Position numbers and translations under genes: made by a program. The notes beneath the pieces were generated by a model. The model did not search any database and had not been told where the DNA came from. It saw only the letters and a program-made list of their open reading frames with translations. A stretch of 50,520 nt of DNA, the filler included, from Basidioascus undulatus (lineage: Eukaryota), in the NCBI GenBank assembly GCA_000826855.1. It is 3 parts of 3 records of this genome, joined end to end, with 100 filler letters (N's around TTAATTAATTAA, not from the genome) between each part and the next. Parts side by side here need not be neighbours in the genome. Positions count along the whole stretch, not along the records: positions 16,889 to 33,655 come from JTLS01000569.1; positions 33,756 to 50,520 come from JTLS01000570.1; 1 more part is not named here. The stretch is one strand, 5' to 3'. Shown piece after piece: positions 24,518 to 36,552 of this stretch (its first letter is position 1; every line of letters starts with the position of its first letter).

Positions 24518-25706
24518 ATGCGTCCTCAGACCGGTGCAGCAGACCTTCTTGCCCTCCTTCGCGGCTGCAGCTCACTCGCTGCCTCCGCCGCCTCGACCTC
24601 GCCCACCACAGCGGGATAGCTCGTCTTGTTCGCGGACAGCCTCTTCGAGAAGAGCTCGGAGCGGGCGGGATGGCGGAGGTGCTCGAAGGTACGTTCTGCT
24701 CTGGTATTGTCGGCTCTGACGAATCTGCCGTGGCAGAGCACTACATCAGGAAGCTGGACGTTATCAACAGTGGATTCGGCGGGTTCACGTCGACGCAGGG
24801 TCTGGAGGTTGCGCAGAACGTGAGTAAGACGGAGTGAAACGTCGCTGGCGGGACTGCCTTGTTTCACGCGAGTGGCTGCCAGATAAGCTTGCAAAGCCAG
24901 ACGGACGTGAGACTCCTCATGATTTGGTTTGGTGCGTCTTGCGTGTCTTCGAAGAGCAGCAGTTGATTCTGACATTGCTGAAGGAACTCATGCAGGAGCC
25001 AACGATGCGCCGCGATCCGGCGACAGGAAAGTCTGTTGCCCTTCTTTCTCCATACCCTCCGGCTTCTTTCGAACAATTTATAACACCTTGAGGAGTATCA
25101 GGAAACCGCCTCAGCTCCCTCGACCTTCCGCGCAAACATGTACTCCATCCTTGACCTCGCGCCGCCAAACGTAAAGACGCTCCTCTTCAGCCCGCCTCCC
25201 GTGAACTCCTCCTGCGCCACCTGCGATTCATATTGGTGGAACAACGACACTACCCCGTTCTCGGAGGCGGTCCTCCAGATTGGGGCAGAGAGGGGCGTGC
25301 CCGTGGTCGACGTCGATCGCGCCTTGACGGACGCTGCGAAGGCGCAGGGGAAGGAGGTCTGGTAGTTCCAGCGATGGGCTGCATATGAACTTTGGTGCGG
25401 GGTCTGGGAATGAGGTAAGCCTTCTTGTCGTATTTGTTACGGGCAGAAGTTGAACACCCCGCGTCTTGCGCACAGGTCGTCTACAACGCCATTCTCGGCG
25501 CCATCGGTGCCTCGTATCCCGAGCTGGCAGCCGAGAACCTGCCGGAGTGCGACCCTTCAACGGGGGCGGCACGAGAAGAAATCGACTCACCGCCCGAGGT
25601 GGCTGGGTCTTCTACGGCGGAAGGATGGAGGGTTGGGTCGCCATGGGCAGCTGCTTTGCTGTCGATGGGGTTTTCGATTGTTTGGTGTTTGCGACAACGA
25701 AGCTAA
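24518..25706 (+). pseudogene. Secreted SGNH/GDSL hydrolase (IAH1-like), copy 2, degenerate
   Basis: Paralogous to copy 1: LVLFADS, YIRKLDVINSGFGGFTS, GANDA, LFSPPPVN, DGLHM. In-frame TAG at 24617-24619 and near 25362, plus frameshifts. Confidence 0.8.
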
Positions 25707-25874
25707 GCAGTGTGTCCATAAGAAAGGATGTCAGCCTGTCGTTACGATCGCCTGTGGATAGCCACATCAAAACCCCGTTCTTTTCTTGCAAATAGTCGTC
25801 AGGCCATAAAGCTTAGGCGAGTCGGAAAGCTCGCACTGCAACAAGCGATAGACGAGGTATTACGCCCACATGTA

Positions 25875-26510
25875 TCACCAGTTCGGCCAAATACCACGGC
25901 AGACGATTTCAAGCTGCAGGAAACCAGTGAACATGCTGTGTGGTCGATGAGGAGGCAGGCTGGCTTACCAAGTGATCGTCAGGATCCCTACAACGCCCAT
26001 CCAGACACGTCTTCAGCGTCTCAGCAGCATTTACTTGAAAAATCGTGCGCAGTGCTCACCTGAAGTAAAGACTCCTCGCACCCTTCGGCCACTTCGTCTC
26101 CCCCTCAATGCTCACCCCCCGGTCCCTCAACCACCTCTCCCAGGCCTCCAGCTCCTCATGGCTGCCCACCGCAAACGCCACATGTTGCTGTTGCTCCCTA
26201 TCACCCTTCCCATGCGGCGGGATGTACCCCCGCCCGTCGGGGAGGTGCGAGCCTTTCTCGGTCGACCCGCGCGCGAAGAGGATCAGCATCGTCTGCCCCA
26301 GCGGCAGCGCGGCGAACGTCGGCGTCGAGAAGTGTGGGGTGATGCGGAGGGTGTCGGTGTAGAATGTGAGGGAGGCGACGAAGTCTTTGGCGTAGACGGC
26401 TGGGGAAGAGAGGGTTAGAGTGTGTGAGGGACGCGGAGGGGACGGGGCGGCGGACCTGTTTCCAGGATGTGAGCGAGCGGGGCGGGTGGACTGGGAGAGT
26501 GAGAGGACAT
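25875..26510 (-). CDS. VOC-fold glyoxalase/bleomycin-resistance/dioxygenase family protein
   Basis: Four exons: MSSHSPSPPAPLAHILET|AVYAKDFVASLTFYTDTL..IPPHG..QHVAFAV..WPKGARSLYFR|DPDDHL|LEIVCRGIWPNW*. Confidence 0.9.
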
Positions 26511-26936
26511 GGCGCATTTGCTGATGAAAGAAGGTCTGAAAGTCTTGAATGCTACTTCGTGGAATGCAGGTGAACGGAAGATGGGCGACATGGCGGAGCG
26601 TGGTTAAGAGGAACGAATGGGCGACTTCCTATCGTGGGTCAAATGACTTCATCGGAACAGCCTTGAGCGGCATACAAGTTCAGCGACACAAACAGCTTTC
26701 CTGTTCAGTTCCTTGCAATTCCGGGAGTATGTACAACGCTCTGTCTATTTCCCATGAAGCGAAGGGTCACATGAGGAGAACCAGGTGAGCTCCTCGACTC
26801 TCGCAACTGGCATTCTTCTTCACAAGTGTCGCGTGCTCTAGGCATTACATTCCAGGAAATTTACATGCGGGCCTGGTCTACAGACAGATGCAAGTCCAGT
26901 CCCGACATTAGAAGCTCAATTGCTGAGGGTAGACGT

Positions 26937-27657
26937 TCAGTTGCCGAGTAGCTTCGCGATGGTGCCGTTGGAAAGCTTGGTCAGGGTGTCGTCGCAGCCT
27001 GTGCGATGAGGAAAGAGATCAGTGGTAACTCGGCGAGGAGTCCTGCGGCAGGCCGACTAACCGCCGATGTCTGTGTTCGATAGCCCGAGTCAATACAGCC
27101 GAGGGGAAGTGGATGAGTTGAGACATACGCTGCTGCTTGATGAAGATGTTGGGGACGGTGCGCTGATACGGGTACCATGGTAAGCTCCGATTAGCCGGGC
27201 GGTACAGCAGTAACGCAGGATGATAAAGCACCTGGCCGGTCTTCTCAGCAAGGTAGGCCTGGATGTCCGAACCGTCGTCCCTCTCGTCCAGCCTAACCAA
27301 TCGCCCCCTCACCAAGGTGAGCCTCTAACGCTTCGCATGTGAGCGGCGTAGCATGACGCACTCGAGGATCGCAACCTTGTCCTGGGGGACCTTGAGCTCG
27401 GAAAGGGCACTCTTCGCGCGACGGCAGTACGGCTGATCCACCCGCGTGTACGTCCTCCCATCAGCGCCCGTTCGTCGCATTCACCGATCCGCTTCGCGAA
27501 CTCACGCAGTAGGACTTGGAGAAGACGGCGATCACGTTGTCTGCGATGACCTTCTGCTCGTCCCCAAGGTTTCCCCAGCCCGTCCGTTCAGCTACTCCGA
27601 TCTCTCCACCTCGAGCAAGAGGCCGTTGCGAACTTCGACAAGCTGCTTGGCGGCCAT
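26937..27657 (-). CDS. GRX: Dithiol glutaredoxin (CPYC)
   Basis: Splice gives MAAKQLVE|KVIADNVIAVFSKSYC|PYCRRAKSAL..ELDERDDGSDIQAYLAEKTGQ|RTVPNIFIKQQ|HIG|GCDDTLTKLSNGTIAKLLGN*. Confidence 0.95.
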
Positions 27658-28178
27658 TCTTGATTCTGGTGTGGAAGGCGGTGAGGTGGAGAGGAAGGAA
27701 CCCAGTTTGGCTGTTGGTGAGGTGTGAAGGTGAATGTGGCGAGTTGAGAGATGGATGGTCGAGGTCAGGAACAAGAGTAGGTGCCTCAAGCGGGAAGGGG
27801 CAAGGCGAGAGAGATGACGTGCGGGTTTTCGTCAGCAAGCTCGACTCAGCCCGGCTCCCGTTGTTTGCCGCTGAAAGCAGCCGGGGCTCTACACACTGCA
27901 CGCTCCCTGTGTTTCTTTTTCTCGCTGTTGAACCTGCCAAAAGACACCGCTCATCACCCAGGACAGCCTCGCGCTTTATGCGGTGCTCATACATAACTGT
28001 CACGTCCAGAGTGGCATGGAGGCCATCAAGGAATCTGCCCTTATATGGAGCGTGACTTTCGCGTTGTCGCTGCAGCACCTCCACACCCAGCTCAGAGGGT
28101 AGTAAAGCAAACGCCAACTCGACTTTCCCTTCTTTCTTCACACCGTCCGTATCTTCTACATTACGATCCACTGTAATT

Positions 28179-29087
28179 ATGCCCAACTATTCCTTCTATG
28201 CCGTCCCCGCCGCCTGGGCCCTCTCCATCGCCCCTCACTTCTACGCCATCGGCCTGGCGAACAAGGAACACGGGTTCTGGGACAACGCGAAGTAAGTCGC
28301 GTGTTGTGAAGAGCGGTATGATACTGACAGCTCGGACTTAATTCCAGCCCCCAAGGCTTTCTTGCCCAGCTGAACAAGCGCGACCCGAAGGAGCTCACCC
28401 CCGCTCAGCAGCGCATCATCCGCGCTGAGGCTGGTCCGTCTTTGCATGAATGAGATTGAACTACGTATATGTCAATGTCGGTTGGTCCACAGCCCAGCAG
28501 AACGGCTTCGAGAACGTTGGCTTGTTCGGTGAGTCGTTGCAGAGCAACATTCGCGATCACACCATCGCAGGGTGTTGAAAGCTGAGCGTCGTCCGCAGCC
28601 GCTGCCGTCCTTGCCGGCAACTTTGCTGGCCTGGGCCACGACACCTCAACAAGGTGCGGCACTCCTTCCATGGCTTTCCGAGCTGCAGTCAAAGCTGAAC
28701 TCAACCATTCTCTCCAGCTTGCCGGCGGTTACTTTGTCTCCCGTGTCCTGTACAACCTGCTCTACATCGTGCGTCTTGTGCTTTCTGGACAGGCTCTATA
28801 TCTCTTTAAGCTCATCTTGACGCCATTTGTTCCATCTTGCCGCTTCTAGAGCACCAGCAGCCAGCAGCAGGGCCTGTCCAACCTCCGCACCGGCGTCTTC
28901 CTCGGCGGCATCGGCTGGTGCGTTCTCGCGATGCGTTGTTGTCCACAATGCAGCGTACTGATCACAGTCCCGAATTCCAGCATCTTCGGCCTCTTCATCC
29001 AGGCCGGCAACAAGCTCTGTACGTTTGTAATAATTCTGCCAACCTACGAACTCCGACACAGACGTTGCCTGGCTCACAGTCACTTAA
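28179..29087 (+). CDS. MAPEG-family membrane protein
   Basis: MPNYSFYAVPAAWALSIAPHFYA..WDNANP..RIIRAEAAQQNGFENVGLFAAAVLAGN..GYFVSRVLYNLLYI..SNLRTGVF..LFIQAGNKL. The RAxxAxxNxxE and RxxY motifs are present. The last exon is tentative. Confidence 0.88.
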
Positions 29088-30135
29088 ATGGGAATTTTTG
29101 GCGTTGAGGAAGGAATCCAGTCGGACGAAACGAATTGAATATACCTTTGATCTTCTGGGAGTCAGCTGTCTTGCACACTTCTATGCGCTGCCATGATGCA
29201 GGCAGTAGAACCTGAATGTCGAAAGCATCTTTGGAGCGACTTGACAAGCGGTTCGTCAAGAAAGGACGTTACGAACTCTCGAACTCTCGTTGACTCCTCT
29301 TCTTGCTCATACCGCTGAATGTATAAGTAGCTGAGGCTGGTGAGGGAACTTGCGACGTGCTTGAAGCTGGGGCAAGTTGGCAAGCTGAGGATGGATCACC
29401 GGGTTCAGCCAAACAGCAGGGCCTGCGGAAGGAGAAGCATGGATGGACCTGACTGTGTAGTCGTCCTATGTTGGTCCATGGACCATATAAGTGCCGCAGG
29501 TTGGTCTGGCCGCGAAACCAATCCACTACTTCCGCGCTTCCAGCAAGAGGGTGAGCATCTCAGCGTGTTTTCAGTCGGAGCACGCACGCTCTCGAAAGGG
29601 CGGGGATCGTCTACGAGGAAAAACTGAACAGCGTAAACATTGGTTTTGGACATGGTTAGATCAGGATCCATTACATACTCGATCCGCGCAACCTCGCGGC
29701 GGATGAGCATCATCTTCCCCGGGCGTGCCAGAAGGAAGAGCCCCCACGGCTGCCGAGTCCGCCTGCAGCTGAATCTGGCACGCCGACGAAGTGTAGGACC
29801 TCCAATTTTATCGTAACTTTCTCCGACTCTAAAAAGGTGAAGAGCGGGGTGTGAGTAGTGACTGGAAGGAGGCAAGGCGCCGTTACCAACTTGACACCCT
29901 TTACGTGCAATACAGTGCCACTTCACCACGCTTGCTCTCGACAAAAGAGAAGCTACAAATAAACGTCTAGGTGAACCTGAAAGACCGAACATGGAGTACC
30001 GTAAGAAATGCCGTCGAAGAAGCACAGTGGAAAAACAAAAATGGTTTACCCGAATGCATTTCAAGCAATCGCTCCGCCAGGCGTTCCTTGTTCTTCGACC
30101 ATCACCATCTCGACACCCCTCGTTTCTCGCAGAAG

Positions 30136-32182
30136 ATGCACAGCGCTCTCACGATCCCGCTCATCGACATCGCGTTTAGCTTCCTGGACTCGCACAAGGA
30201 CTTGCTTGCTCGCTCGTCTGTCGTTCTTGGCTCGATCCCGTGAACCGGGCACGCCCGCTTCGATCGGCTCGTGGCCCTTCTCCCAGACAGTGTAGGGGGA
30301 AAGCCGAGCATTGGGCATGGGTCTCCCAAACTGTATGGTATCGTGAGTTTCTCTTTGCCTCCCGAACACCGATGGGCATCAACAAGCGATTAACGAAGGA
30401 TTGACGAATGTTCAGCGGGCCGTCCGAGCACCTGCGCCTGACGAGTGGGGCGCGTTCCTGGCCAAGTCGGCCTTTGTCCGCTCCCTTACCGTAGAGGAGC
30501 GGGACGACGATAAAATACTCCACGGCGACTGCAGCACCGACAGTCTCGCGCTGGTCTCTGCCATATCGCCCTGCTCCGCCATCGTCGATGTTCCCTCGCA
30601 TCCGCGACCTCCGTTTCACTCTCCGTCTCTCATCCTCGCGTCCTGCCATATACAACCTCATACCTCTTTTCGTATTCCCATCGCTTGAACGGCTCGAGCT
30701 CGATAGTGCCTCGACACAGCCCGTGGACTGCGAGGTTCACGGGGCTCGCAAACTGGCGTCAGACGCTCAAGGAGATCAAGCTCACCCGGAGATCAAGCTC
30801 ACCCTGCCAAGCTGGTTATCCGAGTCGACGATACCGCCTGTAGTCCGCGTACTTGAGCGGTTTCAGTAGTCACTGATCTCGAAGCATCTCGAAATCAGCG
30901 AGGTTTACCGGCACCCCCTCGAAGCACAGGTCGCACGGTCTCTCTTCATCACATCCGCCGCTCGTCCGAATCTTCGATACCTGCGCACCAACTTCTTCCC
31001 GTCTTTCAGATACGATCCAGACCTCTTCTCGATCACTGAGTCCCCGGTTCACTTCCCTTGTCCCACCCGAATTGCACCTTCTCACCCGACCATCTACGCA
31101 ACCTCACTGAGCTCGACTTGTCACAGACCCCACACCCTCTAAGCTTGGCAGCATCCTCGGCGTCGGCACGCTCAATTCTCTAACTTCCCTCCGCATCACC
31201 TTCGAGCTACGGGAGGCACTGTCCAACCGAGATGATCATCTCTCGCTCGCCGATTTCTGGTTCCTCTGTAGCGGGTCGACCCAGCTGCGGACGTTGGCGG
31301 GTACATTCCGGTCCAGCACGCTCGCATTGCGCTCCAGCGCCAACAGTCAGGGTGATTCTCCCGACGCCGCGCACCCGTTCGAGCTAACTGTCGAGGATGA
31401 CGCTATCGCGAGTCTCGTGAGCAGCACGCACATGAATGAGTTCACGCTCGTCCTCCTGTCCGACAGGCCTCCAGCTTTCCCAGGCCGCAAACAGCCGTCC
31501 ATTTGCGCCCCGCTCATCGCCTGCCTCGCGTCCGAGCACTGGCACCGCCTGCAACACCTCGTGCTCGAGCTGCGCCCCTCCGACAAGGTCGCGGGGCTAC
31601 GCTTGTCCGAGACCGAGGCACTGGCGCGCCGGCGCCTTCCCCTCCCTTTCGACATCCACTCTAACGACAAACGCCCCTTCGGCCCGCGCTGCGCCTCAAA
31701 CACCTTCACCTTCTGTCGCCTGCGCAAATTCGTCGTGCATCCAGCCGCAGCGAGCAGGGCCCTCGCCCTTCTTGTCTGCAACAACATGCCCAGCAGCGTC
31801 GCCCTCAAGGCGTACGGGTGCAAGCACCACAAACTGGTCACTGGCGACGGGCGGGCGAGCTCGAGCACGTCGCGCGGGAAGCCGTCGTCCGCTGCGGAAA
31901 GTGCGCTGAAGAAGATGGATCGGCGCTGTGCGGTACTCGAGATGGTGGGATAAAAAGGATCATGGGGAGCATCATCGGCAGCTGGAGGGACGGTGGAAGG
32001 AGGATGACCGCAGAGCTATGGCGGAGCAGATGGCAGGCGAGGGGCGGCTTACGCAGCGAGATCCGGTGGCCGAGAGGAGGACTGAGAAAAATGGATATGT
32101 CGGTTTGGCGTTACGAAGCAGCGCAATGCAGCTTTTGCAATACTGCTACTTCCGTGGGGATTGGCGGCGCTGGGGCTTCTAA
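30136..32182 (+). pseudogene. Degenerate F-box/LRR-like gene
   Basis: F-box-like start MHSALTIPLIDIAFSFLDSHKDLLA, then Leu-rich fragments (FPRIRDLRFTL, FPSLERLELDS, LQHLVLEL) scattered across frames with many stops. Confidence 0.5.
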
Positions 32183-33299
32183 AGTCTTCTGACGGCCGAC
32201 TGGTTGTTCCGGAAAATCTGAGTATACATTTACTCGAACGGAGGCACACGCAACATCAACGTAAACCGTTCAGGCTGCTATTCTTTCCTGCCGTTTGCCC
32301 CTTACCCGCGTAAAGAAACAATTGGGCGCGATGAGCGAGCGTCGAGTGAGCGAGCAGTGCGAATGACAGAATTACGAACCCCCAGAATGGGCGTCGTTGG
32401 GGGCCGTGATTGTATGTGACGCGCATTTTATTTGCTTTGGAGCCACTTACTGGGAGATTTTTGGTCGAATTAGGAAGACCAACACGGCCGAAGGTACCAC
32501 TGGCCGGTGGTGGATCAATGCGAAGGCTAATACCCTTCTGAGCCTCACACCTCGAGGACGAATGCGGGGGAATTGAAACGCTCAGATTGGTACAGATCGA
32601 GGAAGACTGTGAGTACTTTCCGGACATTTGAACGGCGGCTGTGAACGTGCTAAGCCAGTTAACTGGAGACGCTTCGTCTAGGAAAGCGAAAGAGTGAGTG
32701 GCGGAAACTCGTCGGAGCATGAGGCATCAACCAAAGAGCTGTACATATGTGGAATGGTGGTCCGGAAATCAATGCACTTCGCGGAGAAAAGGAGGACAGT
32801 GTGCGCACCTCGTAAAGTACTATGGGAAGCAAGTTCACTCCGTGAAACAGCTCACTGTCGCCAACTCTCGGATGCCTTGTTGTCCGTCGCGTCGATTGGG
32901 TCATTGGTAACTGGAGAACTTAAGCTGTTACGGACTTACGGGAGGAATGAAGGGAAAGGGTGATGGTGATGGTGATGGCTGAGGCTGAGTGAAGCAACTA
33001 AACGGGCTTCCGAGATCGAAGGCAAAACGCCCACCATTCGCACTGCACCACCGGATGCTCAGCTTCATGCACTGAAGTCAGTTTAGAGCTCACGAGGTTA
33101 TACGGAATGCAAGGATGGGTATGGCAGGCAGTGCATCGTCCATGTGTCTGGGGAGCCCTTCAAGGCAGCTTGCGCACGCGTTTTATGTTTGGTGTTTGGC
33201 ACAGCAAAGATACCATGCGATGAGCGAGCGACGGCTAGAAACAAAGGGTATCGTGAGAACAAGAACAACCTCAAACGAGGCAATGCAACCGCGACCTCT

Positions 33300-33655
33300 C
33301 TACCTCCCAGCCCGGAACCTGTTCAAGCTCGGCCTTGCCTCTTCCTCACGCTCCTCCCCATCCTGCACCTCCTCCTCCTCCTCATCCCCAATCTCAACCT
33401 GCAGCACCCCGAGGCGCACGCGGTCGTCCTCCCGCCAAACAAACTGGCTCGGTGACGTCTCGATCCTCTGCCCCGACCGGACATGCTCGTCCTCCTCGTC
33501 GGGCTCAGCGGCGTCGGTCGGACCGCCCATGAGCGCCTCCTCGACGCGCCGCCGCATCGGACGCCGGCGGTTGCCGCGCACGCGCGTGAGCATCTCCGCC
33601 AAGCTCGCGGGCGGTGGAGGAGCAGGGTACCACCGCGTCGCGGCTTCGCGGTCCG
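33300..33655 (-). CDS. C-terminal fragment of an unidentified acidic protein, truncated by gap
   Basis: Frame open from the gap to TAG at 33300: ..WYPAPPPPASLAEMLTRV..QVEIGDEEEEEVQDGEEREEEARPSLNRFRAGR*. Coding-like GC content. Confidence 0.5.
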
Positions 33656-33755
33656 NNNNNNNNNNNNNNNNNNNNNNNNNNNNNNNNNNNNNNNNNNNNT
33701 TAATTAATTAANNNNNNNNNNNNNNNNNNNNNNNNNNNNNNNNNNNNNNNNNNNN
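33656..33755. other. Assembly spacer (44 N + TTAATTAATTAA + 44 N)
   Basis: Same linker as at 16789-16888. Confidence 0.97.
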
Positions 33756-34578
33756 TCTCTGTTTTCCTCTTACCTTTCCCCTTTCCTCCTCTCCTTCACC
33801 CCTTCCTTGCTTCTCTCCCACCGGAGGGTGTAAGTTACTGACCGCGTCAGGGACACACTAGTGGACTGGCCTCAAAACGATGCTCCGTCTGTTCACGATC
33901 AAGAACCCCTCGGAGCGGACGCACCACGTCCTCCCGATGCTCTACCCGCCCGCGTACCTCGCGCAGGACGACCCGTTGAACCCAGGAAAGAAGAGGAAGG
34001 AGGCGCAGTTGGAGGTGCGGCTCCCTTCATCCCCCGTCTCCCATCTCGCCCCTCCACGTCCCTCTTTCATTCCTCCCCTACCTCTTCGCTTCTCCCTTTT
34101 CCCGTTCGCTCCCTCACCACTGAGGACATGAGGACTGACATTATGCCCTGCGGATGGCTTCGCCCCCGAGCAGGACCTTCTCCGCCGCGCGGCGATCACT
34201 CGCCCGCAACCGCTCGCGTCCGGCCTGAGCCAGTCCTTCGCCGCACTGAGGCACTGGGTGCCCCCCGAAGACCTGGCGAAGATCGCGCGGGACGTGCCGA
34301 AAATCTTAATTGTCACGTATGCCCCATCCCGCAGTCCCCCTCCTTCCCTCTCCTCTCCCCAGCGTGCTCATCCCCTTCGAACACACAGCGGAACTGACGA
34401 CAACCTCGTCGACCCCTCAAACTCGTTCCGCCTGCGCACGGCCATGCCGGGCAGCGAGCTTGTCGTCTTCGACGGTGGCGGGCACGCCGTGCATGCGCAG
34501 GAGAGCGGCGAGTTCAACAAGCTGTTGGAGAAGACGTGGAAGGAGGGGGAGGAGCGGTTGAAGGAGGGGAAGTGGTAG
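33756..34578 (+). CDS. Alpha/beta hydrolase, 3' part (5' part in gap)
   Basis: ..DLAKIARDVPKILIVT|GTDDNLVDPSNSFRL..ELVVFDGGGHAVHAQESGEFNKLL: catalytic Asp and His motifs. Confidence 0.85.
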
Positions 34579-34964
34579 GTTGGGATGGGAGCGGCAGCGC
34601 GATTGGGATGATGGCGTTGGGCGGGTTGGTCAGATACGATGATAGTTGACATTGGAAATTGATCTTCCATACGATTGACTATTCGATCCGGTCAATGTGA
34701 TGATTGAAAGCCGGTGTAGTCTCCAAATGGAACGCTGTTTACTGAAGATTGAATTGCCTACCTGAATCTAACGGTTGAAGACAGCCGACGGGCCTCGAAT
34801 ATACGCCGCTTGTTAAGCCCTGAGTGTTGAGCATCGCAAGATATTGGAGTTTCTACAGGCTTACAATCGTAAGGCGGAGATACAAGAATCTAGATATTCC
34901 CGTCAGTCGGAGTGCTCCCAACGAGTCCTTTACGCGGTCTTCAAGAAGATCAGCTACTTTCAAG

Positions 34965-36246
34965 CTATGCCTTAGTCAGCATGTGGACTGATCTGATCCG
35001 TGTATAGGCAAAGGTGGGCTGTTGAAGCATGGCGACGACATATTTGAGTGGCAGGCGCACACGCAGCGGCACATTGCTAAAGCTTGTCCTATGAAAGTTG
35101 AGTCGGCCTTTCGGCCTGAGGAGCCGAAAAGCCGCGGGGCAGGATGCCCCAAAGATAAACATCTTCCAGGGTGGGGGCGACTCGCACAGGGCGCCCAGAA
35201 AAGCGGAGATGAGCGCGCGGTCGCGAACGGCTGTTGTGCGGTCGCGGCCGATGGAGTGGAGGAAGATCGCTTCTAGAGAAGGAGGCATCGTTTCCCCGGC
35301 AAGACCGGCGAGATCGAGAGACTGGAGTTCAACCCGAAGGAGCGACGTGCAAAGTTGAAGAGCCTGTACAACAGGAGAGTTTGACGCCATGCGCATGCCC
35401 GCAGTATCGACGTCAAAATGAACAATGCGATGACCATACCGCTGGAAGAATTGGCAAAGATCGGGGCCAAGGGAAGTTCCGTGAACGCTCAAGCCAATTG
35501 AGGACAGCGACGGGAGGTCGACCGTGCCAATGCGCGGAGGCTGGCGCTGTAAATTGCGGGTCAAGATTGAGCGCCTCCAGCAAAGGTAGACGAAGAGGCG
35601 GCAGATCTGAGTCGACGAGAACGGTGAATGGCGTATCGAGCATAAGAGATCGAAGGTGAGCTAGGCGATTTAAGCACGGTAGTCCGCGGCAAGCGCCCGG
35701 TTCCAAAAAAGCGACTTTGATCGCGCGATCTCCTCGAGCCTCGGGCAGGAAATTGACGGAGCATTAAGCATTTGAGTCCCGCATAGGCGCCCCCAGGAGA
35801 CGAGAGCGTCCTCCCCAATCACGATGCAAGTGACAAGGTTGGGAGTGAGCGCGAAGATGGAAGGCAAAAGCCCGTATCGTACGATACCCACATTAGTCGG
35901 CTCGGCGCCGTCCGTGATGTCGATAAAGAGGCCGAGAACGCTCTCTCTGCCGACATTGCTGCGCTGGTCAGCCAGTAACATGGTAGCGTAACAGCGCTCC
36001 ATGGCCGGAATGCTCGTCAGCACGAGGGTATAGAGAAAGCAGCGCTGCCCAAGACCCTGTGGAAATAGCGTCAGTCACTGCATATCTGGTTTGCGTAAGA
36101 ACAGATACAAACCGCAAAAGCCTTGCATATCAAAGGGAGGGAATATCTGGTTTTCGCCCCTATCTCGTCGTTGCCTCGACGGCCAGCTCGAAGATGCCAG
36201 CGATAAGTTCGGAGGGAAGCGAAAGTAATCCGATTGATGGCATCAT
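34965..36246 (-). pseudogene. F-box/LRR-like gene with multiple frameshifts
   Basis: MPSIGLLSLPSELIAGIFELA, then after a shift TRYSLPLICKAF (F-box), then LRR-like TPNLVTC, HLRSLML, LPLLEALNL, LPSLSSIGL across at least three frames. Confidence 0.6.
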
Positions 36247-36483
36247 ATGCGTGCAGAAACAACAGATTGGAAGGTAGACAATGAGCAGGAGTACTTCGGT
36301 GAACGACCATGGCGTGCGTTTGAGAATTGAGATGGTTGGGACGAAGGGCAGCATCGCGGCGAAGGGCAGCAGGAATTTGCAGGAATCGAATGCACGGTCC
36401 ATTCCCGGCCGCCGCGGCGTCTGGACATGTTTCATAGTCATTCTTTCTTGAACTGCCGAAGAGAGAAGTCCCATGGGCTGCGC

Positions 36484-36552
36484 AAGGGAGGTGATTGAAA
36501 GGGAGGTTTATTGAAAGCAATTGGAAGTGATGTTTATTGAAAGGGGGGTTTC
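36484..36552. repeat. Degenerate 15-16 bp tandem repeat (AAGGGAGGTTTATTGA-like)
   Basis: aagggaggtgattga / aagggaggtttattga / aagcaattgg / aagtgatgtttattga / aaggggggttt. Confidence 0.6.

Noticed and set aside
26790..26822. Short similarity to the start of SGNH copy 1 (tcctcgactc..gcaactg)
   Set aside because: About 30 nt with gaps and no flanking homology; may be chance.
29162..30064. Minus-strand ORFs including a 219-aa one
   Set aside because: No recognisable motif or consistent coding bias. A gene remnant is possible but unsupported.
32959..32990. (GGTGAT)3 and (GGCTGA)2 microsatellite
   Set aside because: Trivial simple repeat.
36484..36552. Repeated ATTGAAAG resembling a CRISPR repeat end
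   Set aside because: No spacers of suitable length, units are degenerate, context is eukaryotic and no cas genes are present.
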